Shown: positions 44,645 to 58,059, numbered from the stretch's first letter. The stretch: 64,000 nt of DNA from Tubulanus polymorphus (GCF_964204645.1 NC_134033.1:6286231-6350230); one strand, 5' to 3'. The notes: a model not told the origin generated them from the sequence alone. A program made the numbers and translations.

Positions 44645-46664
44645 AACAAATTGCCGATACTTTCAAGTCTTATTTGGAAATATTGTCATTATTCTTATCA
44701 TTTGCTTTATTTTCTGTAAAGCATAACAATGTTATTCGTCATCCTCAAAAACGTGTGATACATGACCTGCTAGACAAAAGAGGAAAAAGACCAAATCAAA
44801 TGATATCATAAGGAACACATTTTCACACAATTCCAGACAATTGCATATTCGGATAAAGAGCAATGTTATACTTTTTGTTAACTTTAAATAGATTTAAGTT
44901 TGATATAAAGATTCCGCCATTACATAACGCGAATAAACTGATCCATTTCTGACCATTTCTATGGTACATAGAGGGAGACTATTAAGTATACAATATTAAC
45001 AATCACGGAAAATATAAACTTGTCGTAATAAAACATAACATAAGTTATTCACAATCATGCATTATTTACAACATGCTAATTATTGGAGGGAACTATATAC
45101 ATCATAATATTTGCACGGATTTCACCTACGTAGTAGGTTGCAGTAAACTTTCATCACCTAAAATATTACAATCGGAACATAATCTATAATTTCTATCTAA
45201 CTGAAGGTTTAACTGAAATTTATTTACAGGCAAAAGATAAGACCCAATTCAAAATTCGAATAAACTTATTACTAAATCTTCAAGTCACTAATATACGTAC
45301 ATTTCTAATTTAATATCATTGTGCCTATAATTATTGTATATCTGATTACTGTGGAAAAGGTATTTTGCAGGTGTTGGTCACGAAGAATCTGTTTAATTCC
45401 CTTACCACGCCCAAAGCGGTTACGCCATCGCGCGGGATTTACGCGAAGCAGCAGAATGCAAACATGGCCACACATTGTATCATTATGTAAAGGATACGGT
45501 TTCAGTGTCAGTTATTTCAGCCGTTATGGTTTCCAGGCGCAATTGAACTTAGTTAATGTGATATGGCGACGTTTATAAATGATATTGCCGTAGTGTAGCT
45601 AGTGAGAAACTGTCCCGATTGAGTGTATAACGGTATAAACATAAGTAACTATTTGCTGAGGATTACAGACGAAACACCAAGCCTTTGTGGTCGTTAAACA
45701 AAAAAATTATAGCTATCACAATTTTAAGGATAGGACCAAGTGATTATTCTGGCCATTTCTTGACAATTTTTTGACTTCTTTACTAATTTGAAATCAGGGC
45801 GAAACGTTTGGTTAATGAGGGGTGGTAGTTGTCATGGTTAACACAAAATTGCAAAAATAATTTCACGGACTCAAACCCAATACCTGAGCCACCAGATCGA
45901 CAAAAAACGACAGCTGAGGCCTCCTCAGTAACTACTGGTGAACGTTCTTAACGAAATCTAGACGGCTTATTTTCGCATCCAAGTATGCATAGCACCTTGC
46001 TTATGACGCCACCAGCACCTTGCTTTTCACCCCAACAGCTAGTTTCGAACCAAATCAGTGGTTGCAATATTCCATCCATCGACGGTGGTGGACGCTAGTT
46101 ATTTTCAAACTACAGTAATCTCTGCCTAAGTCGGTTCTTTATGGATCGCAATTATTTTTAACGAGTCAACCCAATACCGACTCGGAGATCGGGGAATTTT
46201 TAGGACTTTTACGTTAGGGTTGAGAAAATTTGTAATGGAATTTCACCGACGCAGCCGGTTAACCGAAACAACCGGTACCGAGTAGGGCGACGTTTACTGT
46301 ACAGTTACTATGCACCTTCATTTGTCCAAAATTCCATTCCCTAATTTATCATGTTACCTCTCCCTCAATATCTACTTGACTTGGCAATGACCGTTGTAAT
46401 CTGTGCACTGGCCAAAACGCACACGGATCACACTACAACTGATATTACCCCTAGCTACCAACTGCGTTGTTACAACCTTCCAATTATCTAGTGTTTTTCT
46501 CCCTTGAACCCGACGAACGTTGCCAGCAAAACGCGATGTCGATGAGTGCGAGGAGTTTCAGTAATTCGCAGCAGCGGTTTTTAGTTTCAATTTACAAAAA
46601 ACGATGATTACCAACGCGTTGAATATAACACCGACAATGGCGAATAGAAAGATTTGAATTAATC

Positions 46665-46902
46665 AGGCGTGGATTCAGAGAGGGGGTTCAGGGGCCCCCG
46701 GCTCAGCTACCAAAACGTTTTTTGATCGTTTTCTTGAAGGAATGTACGCAAGACAAAGCGGGTGGAGAGAACCACATAATCGGTACCATATCACCTTGTT
46801 TGGCCACACAACATGCCGTATCCCCCTATATTGGAGATTTTAGTCGGCAGTTTGAAATTGAAATTTTTTATGAACCGCTCCTGGACCCCTGGATCCACGC
46901 CT
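46665..46902. mobile_element. Short MITE-like element
   Basis: Inverted ends AGGCGTGGATTCAG / CTGGATCCACGCCT; a related left end occurs at ~13425. Confidence 0.5.
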
Positions 46903-47469
46903 ATGAATATGTAAAGTTTATATCCAGTTGTCAGAATATACTCTGAACAAAAAAAGTTAGGTAACACAAATTTTGACGAACGATACCTTCTTTTCAAACC
47001 AGCATATCTCGTCTATTATTGACGCAAAAACGGTAAAACGCATCTGAAATGGAAAATCCTGACTATGCAAATGATATCAACAATATGTGAATTATTTCAC
47101 GCTTGATTGCACAATCGTCCATGAAAAAGAGTACTCGATTTTTGAAGGCCGCGGGAATTCTGCTACTGAGCGAAAACTTCTAGATCAATTGAATGGAAAT
47201 TCCTTTGAAGAATGATAAAAGATGCAGGTTTGATATTTTGTCAATTTTTTCGTACCATCTGACCTAGGAATGACGTTAATGTAGTCAAAGATACAGGCAA
47301 AATGTGCAAAACGTACACACATAATCCCAATTAACGGTGAGTGCAAAATGTGTAAGACCAAATCATGAAGTACCATTGAAGCACGAAGGTCAACCCATTA
47401 AGAATAAAATCACTATTCATTGAACAGACAATGTCGAAATTTCTCAATCGAAACGCTCTTTCTCACTGA

Positions 47470-48715
47470 ATTATTATTATTATTATTATTCTTTATTTAC
47501 GAATTAAATCACATAAGAAAATTACAGATTACAGATTATGATATGGTAATGTAATATAAGTCGATTGATACCAGAAGTTAAAAACTTGTAACTTGGAAAT
47601 TACACACGCACATGCACGCACACACACGCAAACAACCTTTCACCAAACTATCGCACTTGGACAAGCACACGCATGAAAGTCACGACAAGGCAGTGAAAAA
47701 GTGACACAATAAATTCAGATCAATATACATTAAACAGAAATTAAACATAACTATTGACCCATTAACAGATTATGTTTGAAATTCGTTTTAAAAACGTAGA
47801 TACTCTTCGACTCCTTCCACTGAAAACTTACTTCTTCGCGTTTGAATTCGAGGGATTTCCATATTTTTTATGCTACGACTTCGATTATTGTGAATTTCAT
47901 ATCGAAATTGAAAATAATTATTAAAACAATCAGGTAGCATGGATTTGTTATAATTGAAAATAAAGCATCCTTACTGTAATTTGTTCATTTCTCCGATTCT
48001 TAGTATTTTCAGTCTTTTAAAAAGTGGCTCAGTGTGTTCTAAATAATTTGAATTTGTTATTATTCGAACCGCACGCTTTTGAAGTAGCAATAAGGAATTT
48101 AAGAAAACATTACAATTTTGAGCCCAAACTATGTTGCAATAACTGAGATACGGTTCCACTGAACTGAAATATGATTGAATAAGATTTTTCTCCGGTAAAA
48201 ATCGTTTTAATCTATTCAGCATATTGATACTCCTAGATAATTTACGTTGAACATCTATGATGTAATTAATCCATGATAATTCATCGATATTTATCAATAT
48301 TTATACCCAAAAAGTTTGAACTTGAAATGAACTTGATCGATATTAATTCCGCTAATTTTAATCGAAGTGTTAAGTAGTAGCTTCGATCCCAATACCATGC
48401 CACGAGTTTTAGGCAAATTAAGGATAATTCATTAGCGTGAACCACGTGGCTAGTTTATCAAGTTCGCTAGATAAGGTCGGAACAAGTTGATTAATATCGG
48501 AACCACTCCGCTAAGACATTTGTGTCATCTGCAAAAAGCGTAAATTTGAACATAGTTGCTGACTTAATGCAGTCATTGATGTAGATTATAAAAAGCAATA
48601 GTCCCAAAATTGAACCTTGAAGCACACCAGTGGACATATTCAAAAGTCGTGATATAAAATTACCAATTTGAACTGTTTGTTGTCTATTTTCCAAATAATT
48701 TCTAGACCATTAGTG
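47470..48715 (-). mobile_element. Decayed CR1/L2-group LINE 3' fragment
   Basis: GVLQGSILG, FADDT, YCNIVWA, LQKRAVRII fragments with frameshifts; (TAA)n tail at ~47470. Confidence 0.8.
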
Positions 48716-49124
48716 GTCCCATCAAGTTTAAATACGTCAGGTAAATCTTCCGAATTCGAACCAGCCTGTTGACAACCAGGGTTTGTTACAAGTTACTTTT
48801 TCAGCTTTAGAATTCATGAGTGCCGATTTTGACAAGATACCGATTGTCTTCCCTAAGCGACATCGGGAGAGGCTTATTAAAGGAAGATTTAAAGCGAAAA
48901 AGGAAAGAAATGTTGCTCCTGGTGTTGAGAGTTCTCAGCGGTGAGTTTTTTGTAGCAATGATCAATTTTAACCATGTGTAACCATAATAATTGATATTTC
49001 GTGTAAAGATCTTTCTCCGCTACCAACACAAATTTGGCTACACTAATCTTAATAAAAATGCCCGTAAATTCATTTACAGGCAAGTTTATTTTGCATGACA
49101 ATAATGTATGATTCCAGGGCATTT

Positions 49125-50198
49125 TTAGGACCCAATGGTGCGCCAGCTCAGTTTCCTGATTGCATAAGATATGTGGAAGAGGTTGTAAAGAAACTGGCTA
49201 TGATTCATCGCTCATCGAGGAGAAATGAGCATGGCGCGTCGATGAACTGATGGTCGTGGATCGGTAGATCTTACCAAGCGATACGGACTGTCGTTTTGAA
49301 TTGTGATAGGGTGATGGCCATCACTAACCTGCAACTGCCTGAGTTGAACCAAACTACGATCTCTCGATGGTATGTTTTGTTTTATCCGTGATGATATTTT
49401 GCTCATATTGCACAAAAAACTCAGACTCTTGATGATTTCTAATTTTTCAGGTTTACAAAATACTCCAAAAAACTGGAAGAGAAAGTCTTGCTTCAGGGAA
49501 TATGTTTGCCTGAACCCTTGTTACTGAGCAAATTCCTGCACGACAAAGACCAGAATCATTTGCCGTATCCGCAAGGGGTAAACGTCACGCATTCACCTCT
49601 CCACCAAATACTGCTGGAACATCAAATTTTTTAGGGTCGTCGCTGTGCTACCGCAACACTGTGACTTTACGCGATTTAGCTGTTACTAGGACAAATGCGA
49701 GAATCGATTCTACAGCGGTGTCCGATAGTAGTAACACTATGTCAAATATTTGTGTCTTACAGTCAACTCAAACAGCTTGTGTGAAGCCTGGCACTGTCGA
49801 CGACCATTCACTGCCTTCAGCGTTCATAAGGCATGAAACAGGAGAAAACAGTCGACAGAATTTTGTGCCCATCTTACCTTTCGTTCTTCCACCTTCGTAT
49901 GTACAGTCGATACCGGTCGGTCAAGAACAGATACGCGTTCCGTACAAAACACAGTGGAATAGAGCGAAGCGCAAAAAAAGAGGAGGAAGGCGGTGTAAAA
50001 CGCAGGAAGTATGTGCGAACGAAAGCCATACCAACCTGCCCTCAATGTAAAAGAGATCGGATTCCCCTTTACACCAGCAGTTCCACGGCTATCAGTATTG
50101 TGGGGAAACAAATGAAAAGACATTTGACAATTGGAAAGAGGAAAGGGGTACCGAAAGAAAATGCGACAACTAGCTGCTATATTTTTGAATATTGCTAA
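49125..50198 (+). pseudogene. Decayed intron-containing gene fragment, probably of DNA-transposon origin
   Basis: Fragments GAPAQFPDCIRYVE, LQLPELNQTTISRW(intron)FTK...VLLQG, VPYKTQWNR, CPQC...HQQFHGYQYC. They resemble, from memory, an uncharacterised repeat-borne protein family in animals; not verified. Confidence 0.4.
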
Positions 50199-51000
50199 GT
50201 TGTTTGGATAATTTAGGTCATTCTTATGCATATTGATTTTATTTAAGTTTCATCCTAATCGAGGACCGAATTGTTACCAAGTATTATCTCAGGTATTTAA
50301 GATTATTTTTAGGCTGCCTGTTACATTAAATATACCTGTTAATTTTCTTAAAGTTTCTTTCAGAATTGTTTGATAACTAATCAAATTAAAATTTGTGTGT
50401 ATATCAATTTTGCAAGTATTAACATATTCAAGTATTAATATTGTCAAGTTAAAATAATTAACAAGTATTATCAGTGTCAAGTTTAAGTAATCAGCAATAA
50501 GTATCAACATAACCAAGTTAAAATTTTTTAAATTAAAAGTATTTTAATACTCACGTTTAAAAAAAAATTGTTCATGTTGCCTGTTATATGTAACATATCT
50601 TTGAATTTTTTTTCTTTTTTAATTTTCAAAACTGTTTTACTTGTTGAATTAGTTTTTATATGTTTATTTTTGTAAAAAGTGTTGATTGAACTTTTTTAAA
50701 AGGAACATTAAATGAATATATTTTGATATTAAAACTTAACGTTTTGTGAAAATTAATTTTTCTAATACAAAGGAGTCTCCAAAAAGGACAGGAATTTTAG
50801 TTAGAGAGGACAGAACTTAAGGAAGGAGTAGTAGAAAAAAGACAAAGTTTGATATTGTACATTATTTTTGTTGTTGTTTTATGGGATTCGAACCTCTATG
50901 GTGGGTTTTCCCAAAGGGATTTCGGTGATTTCCTTCTCAGTATGGAGGCCTGTGGTGTACATATTGTGGTCGCTAATTGAGGCACCGGACCTGAGCCCCG

Positions 51001-51076
51001 TGCAGAACTTTTGGCGCAGTGGAAGGGTGCTGGGCCCATAACCCAGAGGTCCGTAGATCGAAACTATGCTTTGCTA
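51001..51076 (+). tRNA. Initiator tRNA-Met(CAT)-derived sequence, likely pseudogene
   Basis: TGGCGCAGTGGAAG (A box), CTGGGCCCATAACCCAG anticodon arm, GATCGAAAC T-loop diagnostic of iMet; ~4-nt insertion and mismatches in the acceptor stem. Confidence 0.8.
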
Positions 51077-52110
51077 TCAATATTTTGCATCGGCGTTACA
51101 GTCTTCTCTGACAATTTTGCTACCAGAGAAAAGATACAGAGGAATCATTACTGCTTTCTATTATTCGAATATCTTGGGTTTCATCAACTGTGGTTCAGAT
51201 ATAATTTACTATATTGTGCAAAATGTGTTCTTGCTTTCATGGCTGATAAATACTATGGATTGTGGTAGTGATGTACGCATCCACGCCATTTGAAATATCA
51301 TTGTTATGATATCCTTAAAACTATAGCGAGTGCGCATGCCACGGAGGTAAAATCTTCGAAAATGACCGTTTCCGATTCATGTGATGGTGATCCATCACCG
51401 CTCCAACCTCTACGGACTCGCTTGCGTACATATTTTATTTATTATGTACATACGCTTATGTAAATAGTTTTATTATTCTATTACTTAGACCAGACTGTTA
51501 TTATGAGATCCGAAGCAAGCAGTCTTCTGTGTATGATGCCATTGCCCAGAAAAGATTTTAAAATCATGACTTGAAGATGACAGAATTCTTTGTTTTTCTC
51601 AGAAATCCCTGTTTATTTTCATTTTTTCATTTCATTTATTTATTTCCTGAATAATTTACATCAATAAATAGATACCAGACAAAATTACAATAGATGATTA
51701 ATTTGGTTCATACAAAATATATATAAACTGATGTAAAATAACAGCAGGGCAACCAGAGGAAAGCAGAGCTTGTAATATCAGGCACCCCAAAAGGAACAAA
51801 TAGAGATGAAATACGCACGATACACACAAACACACACACACGCACACACACTCGCAAGCAAGCAGCACACACGCACACACCAAAACACCCACCACATATA
51901 AGAAAACCACACACATATATTCACACACATTTACAAATAGACACACACACACACAAAAATGTATACATATAAATACATAAAGTTATACCTTGGAGTTTAT
52001 TCCAAGGTTATACATACATCATATGAGCGTAAGTAAGTACCATTTGAGAAGGTCATTGCACCTTATACATGATTATCATTATTATTATTTTCATGAATAA
52101 ACTGTAACGA

Positions 52111-55047
52111 TTAATAATGAGAAAGTAAATGGTTTTTTGTTCGATTGTTGAAACTTTCAATAGAAGGGGAGTTTTTAATTGAATCATTCATAATATTCCA
52201 AATATTTGGACCGTTGACTTTTATTGAGAAACCTTTTAGATTTGATTTGAATGAGTCAGGGCGGATGTTGTTGCTGTTTCTAGTGTTGTATCCAACGTCA
52301 CTCGTCTTAAAAAAATTATTGAACATCTCAGGTAACTTGTTATTGACATATAGATACATGAATTGTCCAATTTGAAAATTGTTTATATCTGCCAATTTAA
52401 GAATTTTTGCAGACTTAAATAATGGTGAGGTATGGGCTCTAAAATCGGTTTTAAAGATAATGCGGACCGCTTTCTTCTGGAGAAGTTCCAGCTTTCTTAA
52501 GTTTGAAGGATAAGTATTACCCCATACAATATTACAATAGGTGAGATGGCAATAAATGAAAGAATAATACAACTGCAGTAAAGTTGTTTTTGACAAAATT
52601 CCATAAAGTCTACCCATTATACCGATGAACCGTGATAGTTTAGTACAGATGCTATTAATGCGTGACTTCCAAGTAAGCTGGTCGTCAACTTGAACGCCTA
52701 GAAATTTTGTTGTCGAGACTTGTGATATAGACATATTGTTGATTTTGATAGAAATTGAGTGTTTATGTTTAGCACGACTGAAAAACATGAAATGAGTCTT
52801 TTTCAAATTCAATGAAAGCCTGTTTGCCCGAAACCAGATATTCAGTTTGTGTAGTTCTGTATTTACTATTATAGTTAACTCATTAATATTGATATGAGAA
52901 GTGAATACATTAGCATCATCAGCAAACATGATAAGATTAAAAATGCTTGATGCGTTTGCAAGGTCATTTATATATAATAAGAAAAGGATCGGCCCCAAAA
53001 TAGATCCTTGAGGCACTCCACAGAATACAGGATAGCTAGTGCTAGTAGTCTCTTTAAAAAGAACAGTCTGAAAACGGTTTGAAAGATAGTTTCTAAACCA
53101 GAGTAATGGCGTACCTCTGATGCCATAATGGCAAAGTTTAGACAATAGAATTTCATGATTCACTGTATCAAATGCACGCGAAAGGTCTAAAAATATTCCT
53201 ATAGTTGATTTGCCATTGTCTAAGTTATTGATAATTTTATCTATGATAACAGTAATAGCCATGTTGGTGGAATGGTCTTTTCTAAATCCAAATTGACATG
53301 GAGATAGTATTTTATACTTGTCCAAAAAACTTATAACTCTTTTGTAAACTACTTTTTCTAAGATCTTGGAAATACATGGGAGTATTGATATTGGTCTGTA
53401 GTTTGAAAAATGTGAAACATCTCCAGATTTGAACAAAGGTAATATCTTAGATATTTTGAAGGATTCAGGTACTTGTCCATTAATCAAACTTAGATTTAAA
53501 ATATGAGCTAACGGCCGAGATATAGCGTCAATTACTCTCTTAAGGATCTTTTGATTGATACCATCATGACCAGTGTTATTACTATTTTTAAATTTTGAAA
53601 CAATATTTTCAATTTCCAAAGAATCTGTGGGAGAGAAAAAGATATTATTTTGTTGTGGCGGACCCAGAAAAGAAAAAAATGTTTTGTTAGTAGGTAAAAT
53701 ATCATTGGCTAGATTTGGACCCGCTTGTGCAAAACACTTATTAAATTCATTGGCTATACTAACATTATTTTTGTACATAACACCATTCTGTTCAAAAACA
53801 TCAGGATATTTAGAATTTGATGATTTTCTATTAATTAGGTCATTAATTATTTTCCAGGTTTCCTTGGGATCTCTCGCATTGTTTAACATAGAGTTATAGT
53901 GAAGCGTTTTAGCCTTTTTGATACAAGTATTAAAAACGTTTCTATATCTATTGTAGATATCTCTATCAGTTTGAAGTTTACTAGACAGGTATCTTCTATA
54001 AAGAGAATCCTTCTTTTTCAAAGAAATCAATAAACCGTTAGAAAACCATCCGTGTTTCTTGTCCCTATATATCGAAAACTTTCTATTGATTATAGGGAAA
54101 CATTCCGTGTAGTATTTATAGAATACATCATAAAAAGAGTTATAGGCAACATTAGCATCATGAATATTAAACACATGAGTCCAATCATGTGCAATTAGCT
54201 TTCGTTTAAATCGAGCGATATCATGATCTGACATTTTTCGATAACTAACTGTCCTAGTTGATGTATGGTTGACTTTGATTTCCGGCATAATTGCAAAAAT
54301 TGGAAAGTGGTCAGATATATCATAGATCAGAATCCCTGAAATTGCATCGAAACTAGAATAACAGTTTGAATATATATTGTCAATAAGAGTAGAAGATCTG
54401 TCGGTTACTCGTGTTGACTTATCTATTAAATTCGTAAAACCAGTTGAAAGCATATTAAAAATAAAATCTCCAGTCGGTTTATGAGAGTCGGCGTTGAAAA
54501 GATTTATATTGAAATCGCCCAAAATGAAGCACTTACGCCCTGTTCTAGTTAAGTTTTCTAAGAGTGGTAGAAAATCAGTATTAAAGTTATTGACACTTGC
54601 ATCAGGCGGTCGATAGATAGTGCCAACAATATGTTTTGACATATTATGTGGTAATTGGATTTCTATATATAAACTTTCGAATGTGTCATTTACACATGTA
54701 AAATCATCCAGTATCCTAAATTTAATGGTGTTGTGGACAAACATCGCTATTCCACCACCACGTGTATCCTGTCTACTTATGAAAATCGACTCATAATCAG
54801 GCAAATTATACATTGACTTGTTGTCATGTTGAAGTTTAGTCCACGTTTCAGTAAAAGCTAAGATCCCAAAATTGAAACAGAGGGAGTGTAAATATAATTG
54901 CAAATTCTCAAAATTCTTATTAAAACTCCTTATATTTAGATGAAACAAGGAGAAGTTTGATAATCCAAACTTTGATAATTGCGTTAAATCCTTATAATAT
55001 TTACTACTTGAACCTACGATAAACTCAGGATGTGCATGACTGGCCAT
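52111..55047 (-). CDS. LINE ORF2: APE endonuclease plus reverse transcriptase
   Basis: HLNIRS, TETW, YRPP, GDFN, SDHFPI (EN); NYRPIS, QFGFR, DLSRAFD, GVPQGSILGP, FADD (RT); 978 aa open. Confidence 0.95.
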   Translation of the reverse strand: MASHAHPEFIVGSSSKYYKDLTQLSKFGLSNFSLFHLNIRSFNKNFENLQLYLHSLCFNFGILAFTETWTKLQHDNKSMYNLPDYESIFISRQDTRGGGIAMFVHNTIKFRILDDFTCVNDTFESLYIEIQLPHNMSKHIVGTIYRPPDASVNNFNTDFLPLLENLTRTGRKCFILGDFNINLFNADSHKPTGDFIFNMLSTGFTNLIDKSTRVTDRSSTLIDNIYSNCYSSFDAISGILIYDISDHFPIFAIMPEIKVNHTSTRTVSYRKMSDHDIARFKRKLIAHDWTHVFNIHDANVAYNSFYDVFYKYYTECFPIINRKFSIYRDKKHGWFSNGLLISLKKKDSLYRRYLSSKLQTDRDIYNRYRNVFNTCIKKAKTLHYNSMLNNARDPKETWKIINDLINRKSSNSKYPDVFEQNGVMYKNNVSIANEFNKCFAQAGPNLANDILPTNKTFFSFLGPPQQNNIFFSPTDSLEIENIVSKFKNSNNTGHDGINQKILKRVIDAISRPLAHILNLSLINGQVPESFKISKILPLFKSGDVSHFSNYRPISILPCISKILEKVVYKRVISFLDKYKILSPCQFGFRKDHSTNMAITVIIDKIINNLDNGKSTIGIFLDLSRAFDTVNHEILLSKLCHYGIRGTPLLWFRNYLSNRFQTVLFKETTSTSYPVFCGVPQGSILGPILFLLYINDLANASSIFNLIMFADDANVFTSHININELTIIVNTELHKLNIWFRANRLSLNLKKTHFMFFSRAKHKHSISIKINNMSISQVSTTKFLGVQVDDQLTWKSRINSICTKLSRFIGIMGRLYGILSKTTLLQLYYSFIYCHLTYCNIVWGNTYPSNLRKLELLQKKAVRIIFKTDFRAHTSPLFKSAKILKLADINNFQIGQFMYLYVNNKLPEMFNNFFKTSDVGYNTRNSNNIRPDSFKSNLKGFSIKVNGPNIWNIMNDSIKNSPSIESFNNRTKNHLLSHY

Positions 55048-55338
55048 CTGCTAGTGGAATTGAAGCGTGATAGTAATACTTCGACGGCACTCACCGTTAC
55101 ATAATAAATTTCGCTCATTATGAACATAGTACGCATATGTATACACAAAAAAATCAATGAAAGCAAAGAAAAATTGACGATGTAGAAAACATGTGATCAC
55201 AGCACATACTATTAGCAATAAACCATACCGAGTAACTAAAGCCATGAGCATATGAAAGGATTAGCTCCTCCTAAATAATTTTAAGATGCTAAATAATAAT
55301 TGTTATCAAGGAATTATGATTTGACAGGATTATTCAAA

Positions 55339-55700
55339 CTAGGATACACGATTCAATATCTCATCAAAATCTGCATAGCCACTAAGATGGTGCTTCATGT
55401 TGTTAATGATGGCCATAATTTTACCGTCATTCGACCATGATGCTGAAACCGCTTGATGTTTGTTCAGGTACTTCAGGAATTGAGCTCTGCCGCGGGTTAA
55501 ATCCTCAGAGATACTAGTTTTGGATCCTTTTAATTTTCTACGCTGCTTGATAACTAGCTCTTTGTCGGTATGACGCACAAATTTGACGATCATTTGTCTC
55601 GGAACACGCGGGTCTCTAGATGGTTTTCCTATTCGATGCGCTCGGTCGATGCCACACGGATTGATATCAATGTTCAGGGAGTCTTTGAAAAATTTCGTAC
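55339..55700 (-). pseudogene. LINE ORF1 C-terminal part (L1/Tnp22-like RRM-CTD)
   Basis: FKDSLNIDINPCGIDRAHRIGKP...MIVKFVRH...SISEDLT...SWSNDGKI. Confidence 0.75.
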
Positions 55701-56639
55701 ATTTTTTTTATGTGTTGAAAATACTATTCAATTTACAAGCAGTTCGTTCATGCAACGAGTTCTTTTTCAAAATGTTTTTGTAGAATTGTTAATGTTTAAA
55801 AGAGTAATTTTGATTATTCTACCGATCTACAATTTTTGAGATATAAACGTGGGTAAAGCCGAACTTGTTATTCGAGTTACTACTACGAGTACTAATGGCT
55901 CGATGCTTATCAAAACTGCGGAAATGGATTTTGATGAGATAAAAAGTTGAATGCCACCACAGAAATTTTAAAAACATTGGCCTGCTCTTATCGCGGCCCA
56001 TTTAGACGAAACCTCCAGCGTCGAGAACTACATTCGGATATAACAGGCACGTTTGGATTTGTTAAGCCATTCACCAGGTATTGTTTCCATTCTGTAAACT
56101 TGTGATAGAAAAGCGACGATCTTACCGAGATCAGGAATGAATGTTTAAGATTTCCAGTAGCATCGACTCTATGTCAATGCGTGTAGTCATCATCTATGTT
56201 GCTTGAAAAGTACAGTAGAATGTAAAGTTTGTGACCAATACAGATTTACCGAGATAGAACCAAAATATTGAGCCACGAATATATGTAGTAGACTAATGTC
56301 GCTTACTCGGGTACAGTTGAGAATGGAAATATTCTTCCTCAAGTTGGGTTGAAATACGAAGGACAAAGTAAGAGTAAGATTTCGAGAAATACGTATACTA
56401 TTTATCGGTAAAGTTAAGGTTGGTAAAAGTCTAACCAGAGTTGGGGTTGAATATAATTTGAGTACAGTGTATCTGTCACTGTTGGTGTCATATACCGAAT
56501 AAGAGTTCGAATAAGAATTACTGTATAGACTCCTTCGTTCACAGGATTTACGTAAAGCTGACTTTGCCTCGTAAAATTCAACACTGATATGAACTCAGAT
56601 GTTTCAGAAATACAGTCGATTCATTTAATTGTGGCTTGC

Positions 56640-56645
56640 TATAAA
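56640..56645 (+). promoter_or_regulatory. Putative TATA box of the secreted-peptide gene
   Basis: TATAAA about 40 bp before a candidate non-coding exon donor (AG|GTTTAG at 56686); acceptor TTCCAG at 56893 precedes the ATG. Confidence 0.45.
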
Positions 56646-56904
56646 CTTCTACCCTGGGCACCTCGATCCAAATATTGAGCGAGAGGTTTAGGAAAACAGT
56701 ATAGGCAGAGACAAGGCAAGTTTGGACCGATCAGTCTGGGTTTGAATCGTATTGTAGTCGTGGAACTGAACCACAGCCAGACACTCTGGCTTGCTTCAAT
56801 GAAGCATTTAGAGGAAATACCTTTTTCAATCAGATCACATATTATCTACTTGCAAAATTAGATTTTCTTTACCTAATTTCTTGATTATTCCAGATAGATT
56901 CAGC

Positions 56905-58059
56905 ATGCGTTGTCACTTCATCCGCTGGGCCCTCGTGCTTGCTTCAATTCTTGCAGTAGGAAATTGCTCACCTGTGGTCAGAGGTGAAATTCGTCTGGGA
57001 TCTATCTCAGTTTCGTCGTATGATTGCTTCAGTTTCTTTCTTTCGATATCTAAATTTAATATGATTCTATCACACTTCCATCTTCAGATTCGTCGCAAGA
57101 TGAATTAACGCCTGCAGAAATGGTAGAGCTGTTTGAAATGGTATATACCTTAATTCCTTATTTTGATAGAAGCCTACATCCATCCATAAATCACCCTGAC
57201 ATCGCATCACTTCAAGTCATGGTGTTATATAGGGATAGATTATTACTTAGAAGCCCCCTATGACATCACCAATTACCGTGCAATACATCCTGTCTGCCTC
57301 CATAAAATCCCCTAAACATCACAACTTTCAACGCTGCTTTAGATGATAAATGGTGATATAAATGAATGGATTATTCGAGAAGGAACTTATGTTCAATTAT
57401 TTGAACCACAAAAATGCCAGATTAAGCAAAGAAAATTCAGGAACCAGTTAAGAACCACATTGAATTTATTTATTTCGTTTAAGTTTCAATGTGCCATTAT
57501 ATGTATTACCAATCAAATAACGGCATTTATACGTAAGTAGAAGGCAGTCACCTCGTAACGCTACTACATTTGATTCAATGAATGTCTTTTTGAACTTTTA
57601 TACTATTCAGGGTAAATCCGATCCTGCTATACAGGGTTACGTATGGAGTGCCGTTAGAAATGCCCTCAAAGTCGGGGTAAGCATTCTTCCTATACTTTCT
57701 AATTTCAATTTAGCCAGACTGTGCAGTGACTCTGAATACAGTTCCACAGTCGTGCAGGTTTCATGAAAATCTGAATCCAGTTTTACAGTTCTGTGTGGAT
57801 TTGATATGACTCCTGGATCCAGTCCCATTTATGTGCGGGTTCAACCCAAGTCCGACAATCTGCAGTTTTGCAATTGGTTTTGATTACTCTTGATCTGGGG
57901 TAATTTACTAATTGCAAGTTGATTCTTATTTTGCAGGTAAGCAGATTCGGTAGCACCGCCATTGGTGCGGCTGGAGCCCTGGCCGGTAAAGACGCGTACG
58001 AATTTGCCAAAAATAAACTCACCGAATCGTTGGAAAGCTACCTGAAGAAACTCCAATGA
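56905..58059 (+). CDS. Four-coding-exon host gene for a 106-aa secreted prepro-peptide (antimicrobial/cytolytic-peptide-like)
   Basis: Exons 56905-56983, 57088-57140, 57611-57676, 57937-58059 with GT-AG introns (phases 1,0,0) splice to an open frame: signal peptide, acidic pro-region, amphipathic Gly/Ala/Lys-rich C-terminus. Confidence 0.8.

Larger units (their letters stand above)
51615..55700 (-). mobile_element. CR1/L2-group LINE, 5'-truncated in ORF1, ORF2 intact
   Basis: ORF1 remnant (IDRAHRIG...IVKF...ISEDLT, 55339-~55700), spacer, ORF2, CA-rich 3' UTR, (TGAAA)-like tail at ~51615-51645. Confidence 0.9.

Noticed and set aside
45650-45700. Second hammerhead candidate (CTGAGGA...GAAAC...GTC)
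   Set aside because: Stem II cannot pair and stems I/III are weak.
51698-51952. Cys/Val-rich ORFs
   Set aside because: Translation of a CA/TG-rich microsatellite in the LINE 3' UTR.
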